Assembly: GCA_029008875.1 (NCBI GenBank)
Contig: JAQXJP010000003.1
Span: forward strand, 6,710-70,709
Length of the DNA: 64,000 bases
Direction of reading: 5' to 3'
From: Lachnospiraceae bacterium
Lineage (GTDB): Bacteria; Bacillota; Clostridia; Lachnospirales; Lachnospiraceae
The position numbers and the translations under genes are program-made. Shown here in pieces: positions 30,158 to 38,330 of the stretch. The notes beneath the pieces are model-generated. The model ran no database searches, was not told the DNA's origin, and was given only the letters and a program-made list of their open reading frames with translations. How positions within the stretch are numbered: the first letter of the stretch is position 1; each line of letters opens with the position of its first letter.

Positions 30158-32509
30158 ATGCCAGATAATAGACTACAAGAATTAGAATCGATAAAGAGTA
30201 ATTTTCCCTTAGGTGTATTTGCCTGGTATGATTTCAAGCCGGATAGCAATTTATTGTACTTATTTTCTAGACAGTCAGATGATACAGCGTGTGAATTCCT
30301 TAGAAGTAAGGCGATTGTAGAGGTATGTAGTATAGAAGAACTGAAGGATAAGCAAGCGGCTCTTGCTTTTTATGACTACATAGTCGGAATCGATATTATA
30401 GAAGAAAGTAAATCCCCTGTGGAACTGTTAAATTCATGTCGTGCGCTTTTAAATGAAAACGGACGGCTTCTTTTAGGTACAGAGAATCGCTATGCGATAA
30501 AGTATATTTGTGGAGACAGAGATCCATATACGAATCATAGCTTTGACGGAATCGAGAACTATAGAAGATTGTCAGATGTAGATAGGGATATAATAGCGGG
30601 TAGATGTTATTCTATGGCAGAACTTCGGGCTATGCTTGCAGATGCAGGATTTGTAAAGAATAAGTTTTATTCAGCTATGCCGTCCTTACAGGAAACACAG
30701 CTTGTGTATGCGGAAGAATATGAGCCTGTGGAAGAATTAGCAATTCGCTATTTCCCGTTATACCATTATCCGGATAGTGTTTTTCTTGAGGAACAGTTCT
30801 TATACACAGATTTGATTAAGAACGGAATGTTTCACAAGATGGCAAATGCCTATATCATTGAGTGCAGCATGGACGGAAGCTTCGATAATACGCTTCATGC
30901 AACCATATCGCTTGATCGGGGACGCGAAAATGCACTTGTGACAAGCATTTGTGAACACGATGGAATAAAAAAGGTATTCAAAAAGGCAATCTATGAAGAA
31001 GGTACAAAAAAGCTTATTGAGATGCAGAATAACCTGCAGGATTTAAGAGATAGAGGTATTCGTGTAGTAGATTCACAGATCGATGGTAATAGTTTTATCA
31101 TGCCATTTGTTGATTCGCCTATTGCAATCAAGCAATTAAAGGCAATTGCAAAGAAAGACAGAACAGAATTCTTTAAGGCTCTGGATAGTATGTATGAACT
31201 GATTCTACAATCTTCAGAGCACACAGATATCATATCAGAGAAGGATAGAAATAGTGCAAACGGAAGAGATTTAGGGCCAATTCTTGAAAAAGGTTACATA
31301 GATATGGTTCCATTAAACTGTTTTTATGATGCCTCTATTTCGGATGGGAATAGTAGGTTTATATATTATGACCAGGAATTTTACATAGAGAATTGTCCTG
31401 CGAAGGCCATCATGCATCGTTCGGTATCAATTATTTATGATGGATCCGATAAAGAATTTGAGCGAATGGTTCCTAGAAAAGAAACGATGGATCGCTATGG
31501 ATTATCTGAGTGTGAAGATATCTGGATGCGTATGTCATCTAGATTTACGGAGACTTTAAGAAATCAGAAAGAACTCAGATCATACTATGAGAGTAAGAGA
31601 ATTGATGGTCGTATTCTTTATACAAATCGAGAAAAAATCAACTATAGTGCGAAGGAATATCAGAGAATATTTGTTGATATCTTTGATGGATTTGATGGAA
31701 CAGCAAATGGAAAGGAAAAGAAATTGATTCTTTTTGGGTCAGGAAGATTTACAGAGAGATTCCTTTTCCAGTTTGCAAATGATTATGAGATTTATTCAAT
31801 TATTGATAATAACAGTGCAAAGTGGGGAACCACGATGGAGGGAATTCCAATTAATTCCCCGGATGTCTTAATGGATATTCCTGCGGCTGAACGGCACATC
31901 ATTATTTGCATCAAGGGATATAATGGTGTTGTTAACCAGTTAAAGAATATGGGAATAACGGATTATCATATTTATGATCCGGGGAATGATTATCCAAATA
32001 AGAGACGGGCGCGAGTGGCAGAGCGGCTTGGGGCAAAACAAGAGTTGCAAGACACAGACGTATGGGAATCAGAAATCGAAAAGCCATATAACGTCGGTTA
32101 TATCGCAGGAGTGTTTGATTTATTTCATATTGGACATCTCAACATGTTTAAAAGAGCAAAGGAACAGTGTCGGTATCTTATTGTTGGAGTGGTATCTGAT
32201 GAAGGAGTCCGGCTGAATAAGCAGGCAGAACCTTTTGTACCATTTGAGGAACGTATAGAGATGGTTCGTTCTTGCAAATATGTAGATGAAGCAGTAAAGC
32301 TGCCACTTGATTTTTGTGGAACTAGAGATATGTTCAAAATATATCATTTTGATGTGCAGTTTTCCGGAAGCGATTATGAACACGATCCGGCGTGGCTTGC
32401 AGAGAAGCAATTCCTGGAAAAGAATGGTGCTACGATGGTGTTTTTCCCTTATACACAGAGTACAAGCTCTACGAAGTTGAAAATGGCTATAAATACAAAG
32501 AGATTATAG
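30158..32509 (+). CDS. Multidomain protein: methyltransferase-like, kinase-like, Rossmann-like and TagD-type cytidylyltransferase domains
   Basis: LNENGRLLLGTENRY (MTase-like); KKAIY...YIDMVPLN...YYDQEF (PKL-like); ILFGSG...IDNN; YIAGVFDLFHIGH and PYTQSTSST. Confidence 0.7.
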   Translation: MPDNRLQELESIKSNFPLGVFAWYDFKPDSNLLYLFSRQSDDTACEFLRSKAIVEVCSIEELKDKQAALAFYDYIVGIDIIEESKSPVELLNSCRALLNENGRLLLGTENRYAIKYICGDRDPYTNHSFDGIENYRRLSDVDRDIIAGRCYSMAELRAMLADAGFVKNKFYSAMPSLQETQLVYAEEYEPVEELAIRYFPLYHYPDSVFLEEQFLYTDLIKNGMFHKMANAYIIECSMDGSFDNTLHATISLDRGRENALVTSICEHDGIKKVFKKAIYEEGTKKLIEMQNNLQDLRDRGIRVVDSQIDGNSFIMPFVDSPIAIKQLKAIAKKDRTEFFKALDSMYELILQSSEHTDIISEKDRNSANGRDLGPILEKGYIDMVPLNCFYDASISDGNSRFIYYDQEFYIENCPAKAIMHRSVSIIYDGSDKEFERMVPRKETMDRYGLSECEDIWMRMSSRFTETLRNQKELRSYYESKRIDGRILYTNREKINYSAKEYQRIFVDIFDGFDGTANGKEKKLILFGSGRFTERFLFQFANDYEIYSIIDNNSAKWGTTMEGIPINSPDVLMDIPAAERHIIICIKGYNGVVNQLKNMGITDYHIYDPGNDYPNKRRARVAERLGAKQELQDTDVWESEIEKPYNVGYIAGVFDLFHIGHLNMFKRAKEQCRYLIVGVVSDEGVRLNKQAEPFVPFEERIEMVRSCKYVDEAVKLPLDFCGTRDMFKIYHFDVQFSGSDYEHDPAWLAEKQFLEKNGATMVFFPYTQSTSSTKLKMAINTKRL

Positions 32510-32605
32510 AAAAGGATCCGCCGAGTTGGACGTCAAGAGGTAAACTAGCTATGTTACGAGTTGAAGTACAAACGAAAAATGTAATTGATTACGCAAATCC
32601 TGTTT

Positions 32606-33270
32606 TTACTGCAACAAATTCATGATATAGTCCTTGTCGTGCATTGCCTGGCCAAGCATAGATTGTCCTGCCTGTGCAAGTATATTCTGGACAGACAATT
32701 GCATCATTTCCTCGGGCATATCGGTATCGCGGATTCGCGACTCTGATGCCTGTACGTTTTCTGCGGTGTTGGTATCGTTATTGTGTGTGTGCTCCAGTCG
32801 ATTCTGGTAAGCACCAAAGGTTGATCTCTGTTCCGAAATCATATCGAGGGCTCGGGATACTTTTCCAAGCCCATCTTTTGCACTGGCTTCTGTAAGCGTG
32901 TCCAACGTGTTTAAGCCAAGAGTTGCAATGGACAGACTCCTATATACGATTTCTACTTCATCTCCGGCAACGTCTCCTGTTTGAATCGTCATGCCCAGCA
33001 TACTCTCATATTTCGGAATTTGCTTGCCATTTCCATAGGAAGGCATGGAAGAAGAAAGCGACATATTTATAGTGCCTGGCGTGAGAGTGGAACCGGTGCT
33101 AAGTGAGTTCCGAAACCGGTCCGCGATGGTGTCGGTGTTATCCCCTGCACGATACGTAGTGGACATATGAAAATTTCCAATGGAGTTATTATTCATGTCA
33201 TACAGAGTGAATCCCAACGTGATTGTTCCGCTGGATACGCCTGCAGGTTGCAACTCGCGAGGGAGATTAG
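32606..33270 (-). pseudogene. 5'-truncated flagellin (variable region plus C-terminal D1/D0 only)
   Basis: Encodes TIQTG...RSTFGAYQNRLEHT...ESRIRDTDM...NILAQAGQSML; no N-terminal flagellin domain upstream; the left breakpoint is approximate. Confidence 0.8.
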
Positions 33271-33273
33271 TAA

Positions 33274-33324
33274 TTGACAGCATCCTCCTGTAGGAGTACA
33301 ATATACTCCTACAGGAGGATGTTG
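33274..33324 (+). promoter_or_regulatory. SigA promoter embedded in a 47-bp inverted repeat (probable operator)
   Basis: TTGACA 33274-79, N17, TACAAT 33297-302; arms CAGCATCCTCCTGTAGGAGTA (33278-98) and TACTCCTACAGGAGGATGTTG (33304-24), 20/21 complementary; the right arm holds the AGGAGG RBS. Confidence 0.8.
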
Positions 33325-33325
33325 T

Positions 33326-33997
33326 GTGAAGATATATCACGGTTCGAAATCGGTCATTGAAAAACCAGTATTTGGTGGAGGAAAGCCGAACAATGATTAT
33401 GGAATAGGTTTTTACTGCACGGAGAATCCAATCCTTGCAAATGAATGGGCGGTGGATTTGAATAGGGATGGATATACCAATTGCTATGAACTTCGGGAGG
33501 AGGAACTTCGAATTCTCAATTTGAATGGGCCGGGATATTGTATTCTGGAGTGGCTGGCGGTTCTTTTGCAGCACCGAGAGGTGGAGTTGTACTATCCTTT
33601 GCAAAGAGAGGCCAAAAGATATATTCTTGAGAATTTTTTTGTAGATGTCAACGCGTATGATGTGATAAGGGGTTATCGGGCGGATAACAGCTATTTTACT
33701 TTTGCTCGTGATTTTTTGAACGGTACAATTTCATACCGTCAGTTGGCGGATGCGATGCGCTTGGGAGATCTGGGGGAGCAAATTGTGCTCAAGAGCCAAA
33801 GTGCATTTGATGCGATAGAGTTTTTGGGATATTCCACGATTTCTGCGAGAGAATGGTACATGAGAAAACAACAGAGGGACTTTTCGGCGAGAAGAGCCTA
33901 TGCCAATATGAATACGCTGGAATATATGCGTAATGATTTGTATATTGTTCAGATTATTAATGAGGAGATGAGGAGAGATGACACGCGCTTACAATGA
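33326..33997 (+). CDS. DUF3990-family protein (ADP-ribosyltransferase-like fold suspected)
   Basis: MKIYHGS...NDYGIGFYCT...ANEWA...YDVIRGYRAD...LGEQIVLKS pattern. Confidence 0.75.
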   Translation: MKIYHGSKSVIEKPVFGGGKPNNDYGIGFYCTENPILANEWAVDLNRDGYTNCYELREEELRILNLNGPGYCILEWLAVLLQHREVELYYPLQREAKRYILENFFVDVNAYDVIRGYRADNSYFTFARDFLNGTISYRQLADAMRLGDLGEQIVLKSQSAFDAIEFLGYSTISAREWYMRKQQRDFSARRAYANMNTLEYMRNDLYIVQIINEEMRRDDTRLQ

Positions 33998-34616
33998 ATT
34001 GTATGTGGAAGACGCACAGCGATCGTTGGCTGCAATGTTGGATTATGCGGTGAATTGTCTGAAGTATGAATTGCGTTTTTTCTATGATATGTTTTTGCAA
34101 TCCACATATTGTGAACGGTTCGAGGACGGAGATGCCGCGGTGCTTTCAGGTATGTCGGGGGTGGAGCTGGCCAGAAAAGTGGTGGAGGAGCATACCCACA
34201 AGCCTTGCAGGGTGGAAGCGCAGTATGACATGGAGAGATCCCCTGCATATTGGACAGGATGGGTGTTGGCTTATTATCAGTGGTATCGCAGTATTGATTT
34301 CAAGACAATGAATCGCGAGGCCCCGATTCAGGATATTTACGCACTTTATAGTCCATATCATGAGATGGATATTTTGCAGTTTGTAGATAAAGTGGATGAA
34401 TGGAGAATGCACAGGAGATGCATGACCTATCTGAAACTTTTGCGTCAGGAGGCAGGATTGAGCCAAAGGGAACTTTCGGAGTTGACGGACATACCCATTA
34501 AGACGATTCAACAATATGAGCAGAGACAGAAGAATATTAACAAAGCGCAAGTTGAATATGTAATTCGGTTGAGTAACGCTTTAAATTGTAGACCCCAGGA
34601 TTTGTTGGAACAATAG
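33978..34616 (+). CDS. XRE-family HTH protein with a novel N-terminal domain
   Basis: C-terminal LKLLRQEAGLSQRELSELTDIPIKTIQQYEQ...LSNALNC; overlaps the upstream gene. Confidence 0.85.
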   Translation: MTRAYNELYVEDAQRSLAAMLDYAVNCLKYELRFFYDMFLQSTYCERFEDGDAAVLSGMSGVELARKVVEEHTHKPCRVEAQYDMERSPAYWTGWVLAYYQWYRSIDFKTMNREAPIQDIYALYSPYHEMDILQFVDKVDEWRMHRRCMTYLKLLRQEAGLSQRELSELTDIPIKTIQQYEQRQKNINKAQVEYVIRLSNALNCRPQDLLEQ

Positions 34617-34638
34617 CACAAATCTACACACGGATTAT

Positions 34639-34706
34639 GTATATTCCCTCATTTTTTACACATCCTAACCCCAGAGTGGTTTTTATGAAAAAGGTTAGGA
34701 GTGTGT
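34639..34706 (+). promoter_or_regulatory. SigG/SigF-like forespore promoter with a -10/RBS inverted repeat
   Basis: GTATA 34639-43, N17, CATCCTA 34661-67; ACACATCCTAACC (34658-70) pairs with GGTTAGGAGTGTGT (34693-706). Confidence 0.5.
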
Positions 34707-35157
34707 GAGAATGAGAGAACAGACATTGAGTGGCGATACCGTTGATTTGCTCAAGGATTGTGACAGCGGATGCAGGATGGCCACCGAGAGCATGGAGCAG
34801 TTGCTCCAGTATGTGACAAATCCGGATTTGAATCATATCATTATGAAATACAATGAAGATCATATTCAGATTGGAGATGAAATTCACCGTTATTTGAATT
34901 CTGGTGGGGAGAAGTCTGAAGAACCGGGAGTGATGGCCCTTGCCTTTGCCAAGGTCCAGTCAGGGATGAAGATGACGTTCAACGGGGACAGCCATCAGGC
35001 GGCTGCAATCTTGACCGATGGCTGCAACATGGGGATTAAGAGCTTGAATGAGTCCAAGAATAAGTACGGGGCAGCGGATGAGAAGAGCGTGGGAATGTGC
35101 GACAAATTGATTCGTTTGGAAAAGAATATGTGCAATGATTTGCAGGCATTTTTATAG
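34705..35157 (+). CDS. Conserved clostridial hypothetical protein, ferritin-like helical bundle, probably sporulation-associated
   Basis: Helical ORF with DCDSGCRMA...DGCNMGIKSL pattern, RBS, and forespore-type promoter. Confidence 0.6.
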   Translation: MRMREQTLSGDTVDLLKDCDSGCRMATESMEQLLQYVTNPDLNHIIMKYNEDHIQIGDEIHRYLNSGGEKSEEPGVMALAFAKVQSGMKMTFNGDSHQAAAILTDGCNMGIKSLNESKNKYGAADEKSVGMCDKLIRLEKNMCNDLQAFL

Positions 35158-35171
35158 TTGATGGGACAAAC

Positions 35172-35222
35172 AAAAACAGGATGAGCCGAATCCCTTGATG
35201 GGGTATGACTAATCCTGTTTTT
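35172..35222. terminator. Bidirectional terminator-like inverted repeat between convergent genes
   Basis: AAAAACAGGAT ... ATCCTGTTTTT. Confidence 0.55.
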
Positions 35223-36528
35223 ATATGTAGCTGTCCAGCATCATGCCGGAGTAGATGGAACTGATGTAGGGGGCACTGAAGTTTTTGCCCGGATTTTTGT
35301 ATTCCACAACAACCTTGTTGACGTAGCGCATGGGGTCGATGGCGGCGCTTGACGCCTTTGCACCCACGGCATCTTTGAACTCAGCCAGGCGGCGGAAAGT
35401 ATCCTCGGCCCGCTCATCGGTGACGGCATCCGCCAGAATCTCCTTGTCAATGGAGAGACTTCCGTCCTCTGCCACCATCAAGCCGATTTCCTCCAGAGAC
35501 GTCTTGCGACTCAATGACACGGAACTCATGTCACCGGCAAGCCGCCGTCCCTGGGCACCGGATTCGCTGTCGTCGGAGTATTGCCCGGCGATTTCAAGAA
35601 TTCCATTATATGCGTCCACCAAAGTCTGGATGTTGTCCGCAATCGCGTCTGTGTTGGCCTTGAAACTGATGGTGGTGGGCTGTGATTCCGGTGTCGTCTG
35701 CTTCAAAGTAAGCTCGAATGCATTGTTGATAGTAAACGTGTTGGACAGAGACTGCTGTGGGGTTCCGTTCAAGTAAAACTCGGAATTGGAAGAGGCCTCT
35801 GCAACATTGTTGATACCCAACAAATTCATGGCATTCATGGATCCCGGATCCGCCCCCGGGGAGATGGAGAACAAAAATGTCTCATCCTCCGCCAATCCGG
35901 TCTGGCGAGAAGTCAGCGATAGTGCGCTGGAGCCTGCCCCGTCTCCGATAAGCTGGGAGGAGATTCCCAAATTGGACCCGTTGATGAGGTTGGACAATTT
36001 GGTCATCACATCGTGGTTGGTTTCCCCGGCATTGACGCTGAACTGGAACTCGTATGCCAGCGAGTTGGTGGTCAGGTCGAAGGAATATGTTCCGGGGACA
36101 AAGGATAGCGCATTGTCCTTGAGGTAATTTCCCGTGTTGACCTGTGGAGTGGCAAGCTTCGTAACTTCAATCTCGAAGGAACTTGTTGTGTTGTTCTCCG
36201 TGCCGTCGCCAACGTAGGATACGGACACCGTATCTTCGTCGGAAGAAACCGCTACTTTTTTCTGGAAAGAGTCTCCGAATTCCCCGTAATTGTCGGACAG
36301 CGATGCCACAACATTCTGGATGGCCCTGGCATTTTCCTTGATATCGATTGCCATGCGCTTGGCTTCTGCCATGTCGGAAATCTTGTACAGGGGAGAATCT
36401 TTATTTGTTTTTACTATGGAGTTATAGATCTTGCGCAAATCACTCTTCTTATGAGAGTCGTAGCGCGAAGTGAGTTGCTCGCCGTAGACTGACAAATAGT
36501 AGTCATAGGCACTGTCAATTTTGGCCAT
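35221..36528 (-). CDS. fliD: FliD-like flagellar cap protein
   Basis: EIEVTKLATPQVN, LTSRQTG, NSEFYLNG...SNTFTI, IQTLVDAYN, IGLMVAEDGSLSID; typical of the FliD C-terminal domain; atypical N-terminus. Confidence 0.65.
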   Translation of the reverse strand: MAKIDSAYDYYLSVYGEQLTSRYDSHKKSDLRKIYNSIVKTNKDSPLYKISDMAEAKRMAIDIKENARAIQNVVASLSDNYGEFGDSFQKKVAVSSDEDTVSVSYVGDGTENNTTSSFEIEVTKLATPQVNTGNYLKDNALSFVPGTYSFDLTTNSLAYEFQFSVNAGETNHDVMTKLSNLINGSNLGISSQLIGDGAGSSALSLTSRQTGLAEDETFLFSISPGADPGSMNAMNLLGINNVAEASSNSEFYLNGTPQQSLSNTFTINNAFELTLKQTTPESQPTTISFKANTDAIADNIQTLVDAYNGILEIAGQYSDDSESGAQGRRLAGDMSSVSLSRKTSLEEIGLMVAEDGSLSIDKEILADAVTDERAEDTFRRLAEFKDAVGAKASSAAIDPMRYVNKVVVEYKNPGKNFSAPYISSIYSGMMLDSYI

Positions 36529-36774
36529 AATCAGATCCCCTCCTTTCTTCCGTGAAATAATGCAGATTGCATCGGGGAAGTCGTAAGTTCTACCTTTATA
36601 TAGGAAGCTTCCTTGCTACCCGAAGGTATAGTACGACCCAGTAAGTCCATTTATACACATTTATTATATTCCGGATTTGTCAATTCCGCAACAACTAAAT
36701 AATAAGTAGGAAACGCTTGCAAACTACCATATTTTGTGGTAAATTCTGTGCAGAGAACTATTTTGGAAAAAGAG

Positions 36775-36803
36775 TTGACGCTTGACAATGATTGTGATAT
36801 AGT
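36775..36803 (+). promoter_or_regulatory. SigA promoter of the rpmG-secE-nusG operon
   Basis: TTGACG, N17, TATAGT with an extended TG. Confidence 0.65.
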
Positions 36804-36885
36804 GTTTAGGCTTGGAAATAGGTCTTTTTTTTATGCCTTTTTTTAAGGCGAGGCAACATTAAGAATTTAAACGGAGGTGGAAGTT

Positions 36886-37035
36886 GTGCGTACAAGAATT
36901 ACTTTAGCTTGCACAGAGTGCCAGCGTCGTAATTACAACATGACAAAGGACAAGAAAACTCATCCGGACAGAATGGAAACCAAGAAGTACTGTAGATTCT
37001 GCAAGGCTCATACAGTACACAAGGAAACCAAATAG
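36886..37035 (+). CDS. rpmG: 50S ribosomal protein L33 (Zn-binding form; missing from the ORF track)
   Basis: GTG start after GGAGG; [17 protein letters not shown]...[17 protein letters not shown], 49 aa. Confidence 0.96.
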   Translation: MRTRITLACTECQRRNYNMTKDKKTHPDRMETKKYCRFCKAHTVHKETK

Positions 37036-37062
37036 TCCAAAGTCGAGTGAAGGAGTGAAGAG

Positions 37063-37278
37063 ATGGGACAAACCGAAAACACAGAAAAGGCTCGCAAGAC
37101 GAGTTGGTTTACCGGTCTGAAGGCAGAGTTCAATAAGATTATCTGGCCTGATCAGAAATCACTTGTAAGACAGACTGTTGCGGTAGTTGCTGTTTCAGTG
37201 GTTACCGGATTGATTATCGCACTGCTGGATTGGCTGATTCAGCATGGCGTGAATTTCCTAGTTGGATTGAGTTTTTAA
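37063..37278 (+). CDS. secE: Preprotein translocase subunit SecE
   Basis: LKAEFNKIIWP motif, one TM helix, conserved gene context. Confidence 0.93.
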   Translation: MGQTENTEKARKTSWFTGLKAEFNKIIWPDQKSLVRQTVAVVAVSVVTGLIIALLDWLIQHGVNFLVGLSF

Positions 37279-37293
37279 TGGAGGCATGTGATT

Positions 37294-37812
37294 ATGGCAG
37301 AGGCTAACTGGTATGTTGCTCATACCTATTCGGGATATGAGAACAAGGTCAAGGCAAACATTGATAAGACAATTGAGAACAGACATCTTGAAGATCAGAT
37401 TTTGGAAGTCCGTGTACCGATGGAGGAAGTTATCGAGGTCAAGAACGGAGTGAAGAAACAGGTTTCCAAGAAGATGTTTCCGGGCTATGTACTGATTCAT
37501 ATGATTATGAATGATGATACATGGTACGTTGTTAGAAATACCAGAGGCGTCACCGGATTCGTTGGTCCGGGAAGCAAGCCCGTACCCCTGACAGATGCCG
37601 AGATGAGATCTTTGGGTATCAAGTCCGAAAATGTTGTAGTTGATTTCGAGGAGGGCGACATGATTGTTGTTCTCGGTGGTGTATGGAAGGATACCACAGG
37701 AGTGATCACTTCAATGAATCATCACAAACAGACAGTTACTATCAATGTAGAACTGTTCGGTCGCGAAACACCGGTAGAAGTAAGTTTCGCAGATGTTAAG
37801 AAAACAAATTAA
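37294..37812 (+). CDS. nusG: Transcription termination/antitermination factor NusG
   Basis: WYVAHTYSGYENKV, FPGYV, VRNTRGVTGFVG, VELFGRETPVE. Confidence 0.97.
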   Translation: MAEANWYVAHTYSGYENKVKANIDKTIENRHLEDQILEVRVPMEEVIEVKNGVKKQVSKKMFPGYVLIHMIMNDDTWYVVRNTRGVTGFVGPGSKPVPLTDAEMRSLGIKSENVVVDFEEGDMIVVLGGVWKDTTGVITSMNHHKQTVTINVELFGRETPVEVSFADVKKTN

Positions 37813-37827
37813 GGAGGCAAATTCCAA

Positions 37828-38253
37828 ATGGCAAAAAAAGTAGAAGGATACATTAAACTGCAGATTCCTGCCGGAAAGGCAACCCCTGCTCCTCCAGTTG
37901 GACCGGCTCTTGGTCAGCACGGTGTCAACATCGTGGAGTTCACAAAGCAGTTTAATGCAAAGACAGCCGATCAGGGCGACTTAATTATCCCTGTAGTAAT
38001 TACCGTATATGCAGACAGAAGTTTTAGCTTTGTAACCAAGACCCCGCCTGCTCCGGTATTGATTAAGAAAGCATGTGGCATCAAGTCCGGTTCCGGAGCT
38101 CCGAACAAGACCAAGGTTGCCAAGATTACCAAAGCACAGGTTCAGGAAATTGCAGAGCTTAAGATGCCTGACTTGAACGCAGCTTCCCTTGAGGCAGCTA
38201 TGAGCATGATCGCAGGTACTGCAAGATCTATGGGTGTTGAAGTGGTTGATTAA
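37828..38253 (+). CDS. rplK: 50S ribosomal protein L11
   Basis: [24 protein letters not shown]. Confidence 0.99.
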   Translation: MAKKVEGYIKLQIPAGKATPAPPVGPALGQHGVNIVEFTKQFNAKTADQGDLIIPVVITVYADRSFSFVTKTPPAPVLIKKACGIKSGSGAPNKTKVAKITKAQVQEIAELKMPDLNAASLEAAMSMIAGTARSMGVEVVD

Positions 38254-38284
38254 TCGCTTCGCAATTTGAACTTATGTCAACAAA

Positions 38285-38313
38285 GTGGGAGGGTCCTCTC
38301 CCGATATTACCAC
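38285..38313 (+). promoter_or_regulatory. L1 autoregulatory binding site preceding rplA
   Basis: GTGGGAG...ACCAC stem with an internal hairpin just before the rplA RBS, the usual Firmicute location. Confidence 0.65.
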
Positions 38314-38330
38314 CAGGAGGTTATTATTTC

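Noticed and set aside
30136-30159. Perfect TTGACA and TATAAT hexamers before the multidomain gene
   Set aside because: The spacer is only 12 nt and TATAAT overlaps the start codon; not a valid SigA geometry.
33271-33604. N-terminal third of the 332-aa minus-strand ORF 32606-33604
   Set aside because: It is the antisense of the DUF3990 gene and its promoter, shows no flagellin similarity, and is open by chance.
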